Below are positions 37,201-47,314 of a stretch of DNA of 55,374 nucleotides, piece by piece. The stretch comes from a virus (lineage: Duplodnaviria; Caudoviricetes): IMG/VR virus record IMGVR_UViG_3300005529_001081, positions 1-55,374 of that record; one strand, given 5' to 3'. The notes under the pieces are model-generated. The model saw only the letters and a program-made list of their open reading frames with translations. It had not been told where the DNA came from and made no database searches. Within the stretch, counting starts at the first letter, position 1. Every line of letters starts with the position of its first letter. The position numbers were made by a program, and so were the translations under genes.

Positions 37201-38802
37201 CTGACCAAGTCAAAGAACATCTTCCAGGCCATCGGAGACTCGCTCAAGAATGCTCTACTGACCGCCATCAAGGACGCCGTGTCGTCTCGCGTCGCCGCGA
37301 GCCTGACTCAGATCTTCACAGGGCAACGCGTCAGGCTCCAAACGGAGAACACCGGCGGAATTCTGGGGGGCATCCGGCAGGCGCTGGGCATCGGAGCTAC
37401 CCCGGTTATCACTCCATCCCAGCAGCTGCGGATCCAGACCAAGCTGGATCAGCCCAATCACCTCGGGGATGTACTGCTTGCGGGCGGAGCCGTACCGGTG
37501 GTGGTGGCAAACCCCATACAATTCGCGCGCTCGGGCTCCGGCTTGCCGTTCGCTATCGGCGGCGCCACGGCCGCCCTGGCTGCTGCGCTAGGTCTTGGCG
37601 CGCTCGCGGCGCCGACCCAGGCGGCGAGTTCTGTTCCTGCAGGCGTCGTGCAGTCGACGATCAATTTCGGATCCGGAGAGAGCTTCACGGGAGCACCGCA
37701 GGTCTTCGGAGCAGGGAGTGTTCTCGGCGGACCAGGCGGGACCCCTGGCTTCAGCGGCCCGGTGACCGGCGGAACATTCCCGGGGGTTCCTTCGACTCCG
37801 CCGTTCGTCCCAGCTCAAACCGCACAGCACGCGGGCATTCTTGGCTCACTGAAGGACAGCCTCTCTGGCTTGAAGGGAATCCTGAGCGGCCTGGGGAATA
37901 TTGGTCTTCCGGGCGTCTCATCGCTGCCGGTCGGAATCGGGGGCGATACGGCGGCGCAGGCGGCGGGAATTCCCGGTCTGGGGTCGATAGCGCCGTTAAA
38001 GAGCGGAAGCTTCCTCGGCAACATCTTTGGGGGCAGCCACGCCATCGGCGGAACTCTGGGCGGCGCGCTGCTTGCCGGAGGAGGCCTGCTATTTGCCCAC
38101 GGCTTGCAGCAGGGCGGCGTCTCCGGCCTGCTCCAAACCACCGCCGGCGGGGCGGCGATCGGTCTGAAGTTCGGAGGCCCGATCGGAGGACTCATCGGGG
38201 CGGGAGTGGGAGCCGTAGCTGGCTTGTTCGGGCTGTTCCGCCAAAGCGCCGAGGAGAAGATTCAGAAGAAGGTCAAAGAGATCTACAAGATCGATATCGA
38301 CAAGAAGTTCGCCAAAGACCCGCTGTTCGGGATCATCAAGCAGAATTTCGGGGGGAATATCGACGTCGGCGTGCGGTCGCCCCAGGTTCGCGAGCTGCTC
38401 GAGCTCTACGCCATGAGCACCGGCCAAAACTTTGCCGGCATCGTCCCGCGTGTCCAGGCGGTGACTTTCGCGAACCAGGGCGGCCAATTGACGCGGCTCC
38501 CCAACATCGTCAATGGCCAGGCTCAGCCATTCACCGGCGGTTCAGCGATCGGAAACGGCGTGGTCTCGGCCGTGAGCGCCGGATCGGTGCAATCACCAGC
38601 GCCAGTGATTGCTGGCGCTACCGCAATCACCCTGCAGCTCGACCCGGCGGCGACGAAAGCGGTACTTGAGGGCCGCGCGGCGGAGGCCTTGAAGAACAAT
38701 CCGCGCGCTGTTTCGCAAGCCGCGGTCTCCGGTCAGCGCGCCTCTTCCGGCCGGCGCGAAAGCGCCGTGCTCGCGCTTCAACCAAATCGAATCACTGCCT
38801 GA
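34234..38802 (+). CDS. Tape measure protein
   Basis: 1522 aa; Ala-rich helical and coiled-coil; LFGKG motif; Gly-rich hydrophobic C-terminal part. Confidence 0.92.
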   Translation: MPNQVETIELTVDDRPAVQGADRANARLEQFEKTGARAAQSTSKAFEDVGATVVRFADRSASGMERSLASLQRRLAQFSSPAERLASERVAALPRFAGDEERLRRATELYDQLAAAQKRADNTALLERAQRASRAAEGATSAFQVALSRSNAERQREAKLAEQESRAIEGQVRQIERSRALSDAGAVDRLRLQRKFALEDLGPKASPEQVARVQRAFQSAIEAEEKLGEAAGLKGFGDRLRGFVEDPLGSARNLLQSVFGGITAGGLAAAAGLAVLATAAEKAFGIVADAGKKAETSLNLAERLGTTVAEAQTLSAVARITSVDIGSVESSVKKLSSALAEGGNEGKQGADALKSIGVFARDSQGNLKGFYQLFGQIADGIDKLPDHAQKVSVLENLFGKGAVSMLPMIRNFRELEEEARRLGLTLDEDLVRRLGKADDTIDKLGLAWDALKARFAGRLEPIVIPLVIEATNILGKSPTEILKNEFDNTIGNPFLNPIALAIQHIKADLADVKPKAVSATAAVATLSKSEVNFEDQRRAQVLRAQFEARSTLDSLKREIDDKDKDLREAQAKLDQLPKDASSAVVASTIRTIEALRSEDDALKLKAKVLSELPDRQKQARDAALEADAAELSGISKILAERQRQIDQISTFSEHGQTVRIDLAKQAPDILASIEASTQAKIRAEQRKTQQELAELSQKTAESVAAGERATLGEREAAEERFNERRLASGAISLRELENARLQLHVETLNKIAELDRRQAAAQFDLQIGQLKKQRDLATAPEDKQTFSARIRELEAQREQAIKGVNDRVSAASAASAEDLDNLRIRRDREFSDRTKSLQFDNIEAIGQAQQRALEHARDSQLEALALVDTQTLSGKLSVEARKFEIESQFLRLSETLQRESLDRRLKRELDLLDIQARAEGISDEEAAKRRLEIEEQFQIQRQGIAEDANAAIAASATRAAAAQLEAIRSQTRSVFDTFKRESEGVFDALLTKSKNIFQAIGDSLKNALLTAIKDAVSSRVAASLTQIFTGQRVRLQTENTGGILGGIRQALGIGATPVITPSQQLRIQTKLDQPNHLGDVLLAGGAVPVVVANPIQFARSGSGLPFAIGGATAALAAALGLGALAAPTQAASSVPAGVVQSTINFGSGESFTGAPQVFGAGSVLGGPGGTPGFSGPVTGGTFPGVPSTPPFVPAQTAQHAGILGSLKDSLSGLKGILSGLGNIGLPGVSSLPVGIGGDTAAQAAGIPGLGSIAPLKSGSFLGNIFGGSHAIGGTLGGALLAGGGLLFAHGLQQGGVSGLLQTTAGGAAIGLKFGGPIGGLIGAGVGAVAGLFGLFRQSAEEKIQKKVKEIYKIDIDKKFAKDPLFGIIKQNFGGNIDVGVRSPQVRELLELYAMSTGQNFAGIVPRVQAVTFANQGGQLTRLPNIVNGQAQPFTGGSAIGNGVVSAVSAGSVQSPAPVIAGATAITLQLDPAATKAVLEGRAAEALKNNPRAVSQAAVSGQRASSGRRESAVLALQPNRITA

Positions 38803-38809
38803 AACGAAA

Positions 38810-39229
38810 ATGCCTGGATCTTCGGGAGGCGGCAGCGTCGTCGCTGCAAATCCGTCCCTGGTGATGCCGTGGACGCTCGCCCGCGCCTTTCAGCGCCAGC
38901 AGCAATATGCGGTCGACCGGAACGATTACGCGAACGGAGAGACGCAGCCGAACGCTCTCACCACCACCTCGCGCAAGCAATGGAAGCTCACTTTCCCGCT
39001 CACGTCTTCCCAGAAGACGGCCCTGCTTTCGTTCTTCAATTCTGTCGCCGGCGGCCTGAATGAGTTCATTTTCTACGACGTGCTCGAGACCGATCCGCAG
39101 TTCAGCTACGACGTCACCGGCTCGGCTCTCGACGGAAGATACTCGGTCCGATTCGATGGCCCGTGGCAATCGGCCTTCCTTTCCGGATCGATCGCGGAGA
39201 CAGATCTCGCGCTAATCGAAGTCAGTTAA
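38810..39229 (+). CDS. Distal/minor tail protein (gpM/DUF2460-like)
   Basis: Follows the tape measure; W.L.F...FF....G...F.FYD...VRFD. Confidence 0.7.
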   Translation: MPGSSGGGSVVAANPSLVMPWTLARAFQRQQQYAVDRNDYANGETQPNALTTTSRKQWKLTFPLTSSQKTALLSFFNSVAGGLNEFIFYDVLETDPQFSYDVTGSALDGRYSVRFDGPWQSAFLSGSIAETDLALIEVS

Positions 39230-39252
39230 AACCCTCCGAATATCCAGCAGCC

Positions 39253-42200
39253 GTGCCTGACCAGATTGGGAACATCAACGTCCCGAGCGTGTCTCCTTCG
39301 GGAACGTTCCCGCTCGACGTGCCTTTCGGCTTCTCAACGGTCGTAGAGCCCAAGATCGTCACGCATCAGTTTGGCGCGGGCAACACGAAGCGAGAACAGC
39401 GGTTCTATTTGGGCGACGGCGCCAGAAGGTTCCAGATCGATGGCGAATTCACGCTGGCCGAGCTCGAGTCGCTCCGCGATTTCTACGAGCTACGGAAGGG
39501 CAGCTACCAGCCTTTTACTTTCAACCTCCCGCTGGAGTCCGGAGGCACATCAGCTGTTACCGTTCGTTTCGATTCTGAACCGATCGCCTGGCAGAAGGCA
39601 TCCTCAGGCACGTGGTTTCAAATTTCGCTCACCCTAGTAGAAGTAAACACGGTTTCTGGCGTCGGCCCGACGTACTCCGTAACTCGCACGTCGACGCGAT
39701 TCCCCTCCTCGACGCTCGCGGACTCGCTTCTCGAGCAGGCCCAGACGGTCATCCCACTTGTCCACATCGTCCCGACCAAGGCCGGCTATCCGAATAACAT
39801 CTTTTTGTCAGACCGGCGATGCACCGTCGGGGGCCAGCTCTATCTGCCCCGCTTGGTGCGATGGGAAGGCATCCAGCAGACTGCGGTAGGACTTCCCGGT
39901 GCATCCGCGGCCGGCGGTCAGTCCGACGACGTCACGCTCGTCTTCGGAAACGCGGACCGGGTAATGCGCCAGCTCGCCGACGACGTCCAGCTCGACCACG
40001 CCGACCTCCAGTTCTCGCTTTTCTTCACCGCTACGGGAGAGAAGCTCGATCTGTGGGCCGGCGAAATCGTGCCCGGGGGATGGCAGTCTAACGTCGGCCC
40101 GGAATTCGTAATAAAGGCCAGCGACCGGCTGTCCTCGCCTTTCATGGTCTTCCCTGACCGCGTTTTCAGCCGGACGTGCTCGGCGCTGTTTGACGACGGC
40201 GTCGAGTGCCCTTTTTCCTCAGAAGGGGCGTTGGACACGACGCACTTTCCGAGCGCTGACGCTGGATCCTGCGATCGAGGGTACGAGACTCCCAACGGTT
40301 GCCTCGCACACACGATGCAGAAGCGCTATCGCGGCGTCGCGATCGTTCCCCAGGCGGTCCGCTTCAAGGACAATTCGACCGGCTTTGCCGGCTTCAATCG
40401 GAATCAGATCACCTCTGTTTCGCTCGTCTCGGATTCGATCTTCGGGCTGGCGATCCCGCAGATCTACACGGACATTCCAATGCCTGTGCAGGCCCTCATT
40501 GCCGCGGGCCGCGACGAAGGCGATTTCTACGAAGCACTGGGGATCCTGGGCGAAGGCCCGCTTGGCCAGATCGCATCCGCGAAACTCGACGGCCAATATT
40601 CGCATACTTACCCGGCGTCAAAGGGCCGGCTGATCCCTGGAAAGGATCCCGCGGACCTGAACGAGCCAATGTCGCTCGACTACAACGGGAACCAGACTGC
40701 AGGCTTGGGATGGCGATACGTCTACCTCGGCAATTCCACGTACCTTGCGAACTTCTCCGCCGGCATCGCCTTCGTTGTCGTGCGCAGGACCGACCAGAAA
40801 GGCCTGCAGCTAACGCGACTCGATGAGCACTCCATGGAGGCCGTCGTTGCACAGGGGCTGGCTGGCTGGGTCTGGACTGCACCTGGCTCCCGCTCCTCGG
40901 CCGTTTTAACGAACCCCGTTTGGGTAGCGATCAACGCGTACCTGAGATCTCTTGGGCTCAAGAACGCCGATGCCTCCACGCAGGAGGCCACCTTCGACGT
41001 CGACGCTGCGGTGGCGGCGGCCGCCATTTGCGACCTGAGAGTCGATCGCCTGGTCGACGATACAGAGGGCGCGCCTGGCGGAGTCATCCTCTCGGCTTCT
41101 GTAAACAGCGGAACGGGCTATTCCACTGGAGATCAGATCGCGGTCTCGGGAGGCGATAACAACGCTCTGCTGACCGTCATCTCCGTGGACGGATCCGGAA
41201 CTCCAACCGCTCTCGAGATCGACAATCCAGGGACTGGCTACGCTGCGGGCACGACCTCAGGCTCCGGCGGGGCGGGATCCGGCCTCTCGCTCACGCTGAC
41301 AGTGTCGGAGGCCGACGACGGCAAGGAGACTCAGTTCAAATTCATCGGACGGATCGACCAGGTTCGCGCTACGCGCGATTGGCTTAACGACATCCTCCAG
41401 AATTGCCTCGGGTTCTACACGTTCTTTTTCGGAAAGCTCTACATCGGGATCCGTGAAAACTCCTCCGCGATCGCCGCGTTTACCGATGGATCGATGCTCT
41501 GGCGATCGCTGAGCGTCGAGGGCCACGCCCCGCAGTTCAACCGCCTGCGCGCGACTTTCGCGGATCCGCTCCAGGACCCGGCAACGCAAGAGAACCAATT
41601 CCTGCCAAACACAGCCACGTTCCAGGATGACGACTACGCGCAGGAGCTGGGGAAAGGCCTCAGGCCTATTTACCGGGATGCTGATATCAACCTGGTCGGT
41701 ACGGCGAATATTTCGCAGGCCGCGCGCATCGTCAACACCCGCGGCCGCGAAGAGGTTGGCGGAGTAAACGCGACAGAGCGTAAGGCCGCGCGCCGGGTTT
41801 CATTCCGAACGACGATCATGGCCGCGGACTGTTTCCCTGGAGCGATCATTTCGATCACAGACGCGGAAATACCCGGCGGATCGGGCGAGTTCCGGATTGA
41901 ATCCTGGAAGCTCAACTCGGACTATTCGGTCGAAATCACAGCCAGGTCGACCACGGACGCGATGTACAACCTGGTGATGGGGCCCAAGCCAGCCGACGTA
42001 CTCCCTGGTCCGGTCCCGCCCGAGCTGTTTCCGCAAGCAGTGCAACCGCGCTGGTTCCCGGATGAAATAGCTCCGAATTCAGCGGATGCCGTCTATGACG
42101 AAAACGATTTGATCTTCGATCTTGGGCAGCTCTACGAGGTTCAGGGGGACGGCGGGATTCACGCGGCGCTTCAGGTTATTGGAAAGCTGCCCGTAAATCG

Positions 42201-43581
42201 GTTCGTCGAGGACATGCTTCCGCCCGTGATCAAGTCCCAATCGCAGGCCTCAACCGGGGGATCTCTCGACGGGGAAGAGAGCTATTGGGCGTGCGTGGCT
42301 TTCCGCGCATCGTCAGGTGAATTCTCGCCGCCATCGAACATCCGGCACTTTCGGTTCCACGGATCCGCGAATACTTGCCAGTTCACGCTGTCAGATATCG
42401 TATGGCCTCCCACGGCAGGGGTTGGGGGATATGTCCTGTTTGTCGGCCGCGCAGATCGCCTGATGTGCGCCCAGCTCGAGGAAACACCCAGCGCGCTACC
42501 GGATTCCATCACGTTTTCCGGCCCTCTCAAACGCGCTACATACGGCCCGCCATCGACGAAGTATCGAAAGGTGCGCGCGAAAGCCAAGCTCGTGGAGCAT
42601 GGCGGAGTTCTGGGTCTTCCGATAGACGCGCTCCTCGGGAACAACCAGATCAAGTGCTATCGGGCGATCGACGTGGCCGGCATCGATGATTGGGCCGGGC
42701 GAAAAGTCTTGGCCATCGGGAGGCAGCAGGGATTCTGCCCGTTTGAAGCTTACGCCTGCACCGCCTTCGATCCGGCCACAGGCATCTTCACGCTCGATCG
42801 GGCGACGACCGGCCTAGTCGTGGGTGACGTCATCGTCGTGTGCATGCAGGGTTACGACAATTCTTCGGATCCTCGGGTCTTCGCGGACGACGGGCTCTCC
42901 AATGCTGCGAACTATGACAAGGCGAGTCTGACGCCCACTCCCCATTCCGGGCTGAAGCCGGACTTCGAAGTTGGCCTATTTGCGCGGATCATCGCCGGAA
43001 CCGGTCGGGATCAGCCGCCGGCGAAGATCATCGCCAACACGCCGACCTCCTATCTGTTCGATTCGGATTTGGTGATGGGCATCGATTCGATTCTGATCAT
43101 CGAGGCGGCGCCGTGGCAGTATGCGGCGGAATCCTCGCCGGTTTCAAACGGCGATAAAGACAAGGACGTCACGATCGAAATTCAGACGACGAACTTCCTT
43201 CAGAAGACCATGCTGGTCGGCGGATTCATCGTAAACGACCTGGATCAGGAATCCCTCGACAACGAGGCGCCGGTCCGGATGATTTATGTGTTTGGAGCCG
43301 GGTTACGCGTCATCTTCATCAGCGCCGACACAGAACTCGGAGCTTACGACCAGCAGGTCAATGTAGACAGCAGCGCTGGGCCCGTCCTGGTGCTGTTGCC
43401 GAGAGCCGCGCTGATGATCGGCCGGAGAATCGTCATCTTCAAAATCTCGGATGACGACAATCTGGTCACGATCGCTACTCAGACCGTAAATGGGGTTCAA
43501 GAGACGATCGATGGAGAGACTCAGTGGACTCTGTCTTCCAAGTTCGATGAGCCCCTGGAGATCGTTGGCAATCTCGCTTAG
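39253..43581 (+). CDS. Fused tail-tip/hub protein (gpM-like, gpL-like and gpJ-like regions)
   Basis: N-terminal Dit-like repeat, Cys cluster (C...C...C...C), TNPVW, FNRLRATF; 1443 aa. Confidence 0.75.
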   Translation: MPDQIGNINVPSVSPSGTFPLDVPFGFSTVVEPKIVTHQFGAGNTKREQRFYLGDGARRFQIDGEFTLAELESLRDFYELRKGSYQPFTFNLPLESGGTSAVTVRFDSEPIAWQKASSGTWFQISLTLVEVNTVSGVGPTYSVTRTSTRFPSSTLADSLLEQAQTVIPLVHIVPTKAGYPNNIFLSDRRCTVGGQLYLPRLVRWEGIQQTAVGLPGASAAGGQSDDVTLVFGNADRVMRQLADDVQLDHADLQFSLFFTATGEKLDLWAGEIVPGGWQSNVGPEFVIKASDRLSSPFMVFPDRVFSRTCSALFDDGVECPFSSEGALDTTHFPSADAGSCDRGYETPNGCLAHTMQKRYRGVAIVPQAVRFKDNSTGFAGFNRNQITSVSLVSDSIFGLAIPQIYTDIPMPVQALIAAGRDEGDFYEALGILGEGPLGQIASAKLDGQYSHTYPASKGRLIPGKDPADLNEPMSLDYNGNQTAGLGWRYVYLGNSTYLANFSAGIAFVVVRRTDQKGLQLTRLDEHSMEAVVAQGLAGWVWTAPGSRSSAVLTNPVWVAINAYLRSLGLKNADASTQEATFDVDAAVAAAAICDLRVDRLVDDTEGAPGGVILSASVNSGTGYSTGDQIAVSGGDNNALLTVISVDGSGTPTALEIDNPGTGYAAGTTSGSGGAGSGLSLTLTVSEADDGKETQFKFIGRIDQVRATRDWLNDILQNCLGFYTFFFGKLYIGIRENSSAIAAFTDGSMLWRSLSVEGHAPQFNRLRATFADPLQDPATQENQFLPNTATFQDDDYAQELGKGLRPIYRDADINLVGTANISQAARIVNTRGREEVGGVNATERKAARRVSFRTTIMAADCFPGAIISITDAEIPGGSGEFRIESWKLNSDYSVEITARSTTDAMYNLVMGPKPADVLPGPVPPELFPQAVQPRWFPDEIAPNSADAVYDENDLIFDLGQLYEVQGDGGIHAALQVIGKLPVNRFVEDMLPPVIKSQSQASTGGSLDGEESYWACVAFRASSGEFSPPSNIRHFRFHGSANTCQFTLSDIVWPPTAGVGGYVLFVGRADRLMCAQLEETPSALPDSITFSGPLKRATYGPPSTKYRKVRAKAKLVEHGGVLGLPIDALLGNNQIKCYRAIDVAGIDDWAGRKVLAIGRQQGFCPFEAYACTAFDPATGIFTLDRATTGLVVGDVIVVCMQGYDNSSDPRVFADDGLSNAANYDKASLTPTPHSGLKPDFEVGLFARIIAGTGRDQPPAKIIANTPTSYLFDSDLVMGIDSILIIEAAPWQYAAESSPVSNGDKDKDVTIEIQTTNFLQKTMLVGGFIVNDLDQESLDNEAPVRMIYVFGAGLRVIFISADTELGAYDQQVNVDSSAGPVLVLLPRAALMIGRRIVIFKISDDDNLVTIATQTVNGVQETIDGETQWTLSSKFDEPLEIVGNLA

Positions 43582-43587
43582 AGCCTT

Positions 43588-45435
43588 ATGCCGATTCCGA
43601 ATTACAAGCGCCTCGGCGGCGCAGCCTCGGCCGCCGCGGCGGAGGGCCTAGTCGTCTTTCGCGAGAAGCCGCTGCAATTGGATTCAGCTGGTCTGGTGTG
43701 GCAGTTGAAGTATACACCGGATCCGCAGTACGTGTGGCCTGTGCTCAACGGTGTAGAGTTGGACCCCTACTACCCGACTGGCGCGCCGCAATTCACGCTT
43801 GACGGCAACGTGCTTACATTGGCTGAGCCTGTGATTCCAAGTGACTCAGACGATTGGTGGTGGGTCTGGTATTTCCGCAAGGGAAAGAAGGGCGGCTCGG
43901 GCAATCGCAGCGGCAAGGCGCGGCAATTTGGCGCGCCGGCTGACGTAGGAGGCCCGGGAACGGCCGTCGCACTCGGCAGGATGGCGGGCAACGTCTGGCT
44001 GCAAGCTAGGCTCGTTCCCAATCTGGCGACGCCTCTGATGGCTGGCAACTCGCTGCAAATCGGTTCGGCAGGAACCTACTCAGTTGTAAACACGCTTAAC
44101 AACAGCAATCCATACGAATTAAAGGCCGGCCCGATGCCTCTCTGGGCTCTGATCGATGCCATCAACGGAGATGCATCGAACGGCGCCGCGGGCGTGTGGT
44201 TCTCGAGCGCTACGCCGCCGAATCAAGACGTGGTGGCGTCCATCACTTCCGGCGGAATTCTGCTTCAGGTGATCGCTGGAGCGGTGGACGGATCGATCAC
44301 GGTCGACATGGGCGGGACGGGCGGCCGGATCCAGATCACACTTCCCGATTCGAATACGACCTACTATCCGAGCGTCACCCTGACCGGCGGATATATGCTC
44401 GATGGCGACACGGTGACCATCGGCTCAGTCACCTACACGTTCAAGGGATCACTCGGGTTCGACAACGCAGTCGCTGGCCACGTTCTGATCGACACGTCCG
44501 ACGGTCCCGGCCTGTCGCTCGATTACGCAATCCCGAGACTGGTAGCGGCCATCAACGGTGGACCGGGGGCGGGGACCGTGTATTCCTCAGCGACAACTCC
44601 TCACCCGGATGTGACCGCGGCCTACGAGACTTCGTCGATGAACATGGCGGTGACAGCGAAGCAAGCAGGTGAAGTCTCGATCGCGCTTTCCACTTCGAGC
44701 GGGGGACGATTCTTCTGGACAGCATGGAGCGGCGGAACGACAAGTGGCGGCGGATCGGGCAGTGACACTGATGTCGTCAACTTCGGGAGCAATCCTGACC
44801 AACGGGTAACGGGCAATTGTTCAATTGGCATCTGGATTCGCATCCCGTCCAATTGCAACGGCAAGAGCACTCTTATCGTTCGCGGCGTTTCTGATCCAGC
44901 GTCCGCAAAGAACTCAGTCTACGCGTTGACCGTGCAAGGCGAGTCAGACGATTGGGCCATCAAATACTGGCACGACTACGGCACTGATGCTGTGGAGAAG
45001 CATCTCTTCGAGACCCACATCAAAAACGACGTCTGGTACTACGTCGGGATGAGCCGCAATGTGACCGCGAAGACGGTCACACTGTACATAGGAAACGGTT
45101 CTTCGGTAACCCTGGTTGACACGTGGACTTATTCCAACAACCCGGACGGCGGGACGGACTCTGCTTGCGAATTGGCTATCGGCAACTACCCAGGCGGTGA
45201 AGGAGTGCTCGGAGATGGCACCCGCACCGGGCCGTGCATAGGCACGATTGAGGAGCAGTACATCTGGAGTCGAGAATTATCAAGCGCCGAACACCGAGAT
45301 GCGATGAAGGGCAATCCATCGCTGACCGGCTTGGTGCATGGGTGTTATATGGGGGACGATCCGGAAGTCGACTTCTCGGCTATAGGCGCATCGGGACAAG
45401 TCACAGGAACGACGTTAGTCCAGGGTCACCCGTAG
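43588..45435 (+). CDS. Tail-associated protein with LamG/ConA-like domain
   Basis: SIGIWI, WYYVGM, TLYIG, IWSRELS; internal duplicated domain. Confidence 0.65.
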   Translation: MPIPNYKRLGGAASAAAAEGLVVFREKPLQLDSAGLVWQLKYTPDPQYVWPVLNGVELDPYYPTGAPQFTLDGNVLTLAEPVIPSDSDDWWWVWYFRKGKKGGSGNRSGKARQFGAPADVGGPGTAVALGRMAGNVWLQARLVPNLATPLMAGNSLQIGSAGTYSVVNTLNNSNPYELKAGPMPLWALIDAINGDASNGAAGVWFSSATPPNQDVVASITSGGILLQVIAGAVDGSITVDMGGTGGRIQITLPDSNTTYYPSVTLTGGYMLDGDTVTIGSVTYTFKGSLGFDNAVAGHVLIDTSDGPGLSLDYAIPRLVAAINGGPGAGTVYSSATTPHPDVTAAYETSSMNMAVTAKQAGEVSIALSTSSGGRFFWTAWSGGTTSGGGSGSDTDVVNFGSNPDQRVTGNCSIGIWIRIPSNCNGKSTLIVRGVSDPASAKNSVYALTVQGESDDWAIKYWHDYGTDAVEKHLFETHIKNDVWYYVGMSRNVTAKTVTLYIGNGSSVTLVDTWTYSNNPDGGTDSACELAIGNYPGGEGVLGDGTRTGPCIGTIEEQYIWSRELSSAEHRDAMKGNPSLTGLVHGCYMGDDPEVDFSAIGASGQVTGTTLVQGHP

Positions 45436-45450
45436 AGCGAACCGATTCTC

Positions 45451-46089
45451 ATGTCTCGTGGAAACATTAAGCCGGACCAGATTTCTGGGAACACTGGCGA
45501 TTCGGCTCAGTTTCTGTCTCAGACGGGATGGGCTATCCCCTCGGGCGGAGGGGGTGGAGGCGGGGGAAGCTCTTCGCCTCTAGAGTCACACGCCGCCTCC
45601 TCCTCGCCAGAGATTGTATTCAACGGTTTCGTCGGAGCATTCACCAGATATCAGTTGGTGATTTCCGGACTCCGCCCTGCAAACGACTCCGGCGTGCTGA
45701 GAATGGAGGTCTCAACCGACGGCGGCTCTACCTGGAGCGCCGCCAATTATCAGTGGCAGGCAAGAGGCCAGGACGACGGTGGCGGTGTTGGGGGAAGGCA
45801 GAACGCTTCCGATTCCAGCTTTGTGTTGCAGGAAAATGGGCTTGGAATCAGAACAGCTTCGGGCACAGCATCCTATGCCGCGGTCATCGAGTTATTCAGC
45901 CTGAATCAGTCCACGCTCTACATGGAGTACTTAGGGCGGGCTTTCTGCTCAGAATCCGGCGCCGACCACAGGGCGCGCCAGTGGAATATTGCAGGCTCCT
46001 GGAGAACAGCCGGCTCCGTTAATGCGCTGCGATTCAAGATCGACAACGGCAACATCGCCAGTGGCGTCTTTTCGATCTACGGATTCTGA
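45451..46089 (+). CDS. Tail fibre/receptor-binding-like protein
   Basis: Poly-Gly linker; C-terminal beta domain ending G.FSIYG. Confidence 0.55.
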   Translation: MSRGNIKPDQISGNTGDSAQFLSQTGWAIPSGGGGGGGGSSSPLESHAASSSPEIVFNGFVGAFTRYQLVISGLRPANDSGVLRMEVSTDGGSTWSAANYQWQARGQDDGGGVGGRQNASDSSFVLQENGLGIRTASGTASYAAVIELFSLNQSTLYMEYLGRAFCSESGADHRARQWNIAGSWRTAGSVNALRFKIDNGNIASGVFSIYGF

Positions 46090-46255
46090 GAGCGTTCATC
46101 GCTCGAAGCCGCCGGCCTTGGGAAACTACTACCGAAGCGTTCAAGGAAACTGCAGCATCTTTTAGCCGACGTATCCAACAGTTACAGCGCCGGCCTTCCA
46201 TCTGTTGGCGTACTCGCCTTATTGGAAGTGACCATTACGTAGGAGACAAATTCAG

Positions 46256-47314
46256 ATGAAAAAGATGTCTTTAAAAGCGGGCCTATGCCTGCTTGGGTTG
46301 TCTATAACGCTGAGCGCGCAATTCCCCAAACCGGGTGGCGGCGCGACGGGAGGCGGCGCTCCATCCGGTTCTGCCGGCGGTGATCTTTTCGGAACATACC
46401 CGAATCCCGCTGTTGCCAAGATCAATGGTGTCTCCTGGGGCGCAGACTGCGTCGTCATGGTGACCAACAGCAGCGGAGTGCCAAAATGCATCGGGTCAGT
46501 CGATGGCTCCAATAACGTGCTGCTGCCGAGCGGAGTCCAGACCGGCGTCGGTTCGGGTGTCGCTGGATTCCACAGCCTTGTTCAAGGGACCGATCCGAGC
46601 GCGAGCTTCCCAGCGAACTCCTTCACTCTCTATGCGCCCACATCAGTTACCAAGTACGCATGGAAAGTCCCAGCGGCTGACGGAGTAGGAGCCGTGGTCA
46701 GCGACGGGGCCGGGAATCTGTCGCTCAAAGGCTACAGCGGGACAGGCTCGATTTGTCTGGCCTCCGGTTCGGCGTGCAGCGGAGGGGCCGCCGGAGCGCT
46801 CGTTCTCCGAGAGCAACACACCACCAGCTCGTCGACGACGGTCGACTTCGCGACCTGCATAAGTTCGACGTATGATGACTATCTCTTAGAATTCCAGAAT
46901 GTGAACCCGGCGAGCGACGGCGCGAATCTCCGGTGGCGGGTTTCGACGGATGGATCGACATACGACGCCGGGAGCAACTACCGATACAACAACATCGTCG
47001 GCGGGGCCGGCATCAGCCTTGATAGCAGCAACCCGAGTACGGAAGTCGCGCTCACCTACACCGGGACTGGCCAGGATAACTCGACCAACCTTGGATTCGT
47101 TAACGCTCTCCGGTTGATAGGTCCAGCGTCTTCCGCATACAAACGGATCGTCGGGCAGGTCTCTTACCTTGGGAATGACAACGTCATCCACAATTATTTC
47201 GTCAACGGGGCTTATCTCAGTGGCACCGCTGTGGTCAAGTTCCGGTTCCAGTATTCCACCGGGAACTTCGCTGATGGCGGCACCATCCGTTGCTACGGGA
47301 TCGCGAAATCATGA
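46256..47314 (+). CDS. Fibre-like protein with signal peptide; C-terminal domain paralogous to 45451-46089
   Basis: MKKMSLKAGLCLLGLSITLSA-Q; AGGDL.GTYPNP; STDG..Y...Y; G.IR.YG. Confidence 0.6.
   Translation: MKKMSLKAGLCLLGLSITLSAQFPKPGGGATGGGAPSGSAGGDLFGTYPNPAVAKINGVSWGADCVVMVTNSSGVPKCIGSVDGSNNVLLPSGVQTGVGSGVAGFHSLVQGTDPSASFPANSFTLYAPTSVTKYAWKVPAADGVGAVVSDGAGNLSLKGYSGTGSICLASGSACSGGAAGALVLREQHTTSSSTTVDFATCISSTYDDYLLEFQNVNPASDGANLRWRVSTDGSTYDAGSNYRYNNIVGGAGISLDSSNPSTEVALTYTGTGQDNSTNLGFVNALRLIGPASSAYKRIVGQVSYLGNDNVIHNYFVNGAYLSGTAVVKFRFQYSTGNFADGGTIRCYGIAKS

Noticed and set aside
43588-47314. Tail-fibre shufflon driven by the small recombinase
   Set aside because: All cassettes are co-oriented, and I saw no repeated crossover sites or TTGGACAGAA copies there
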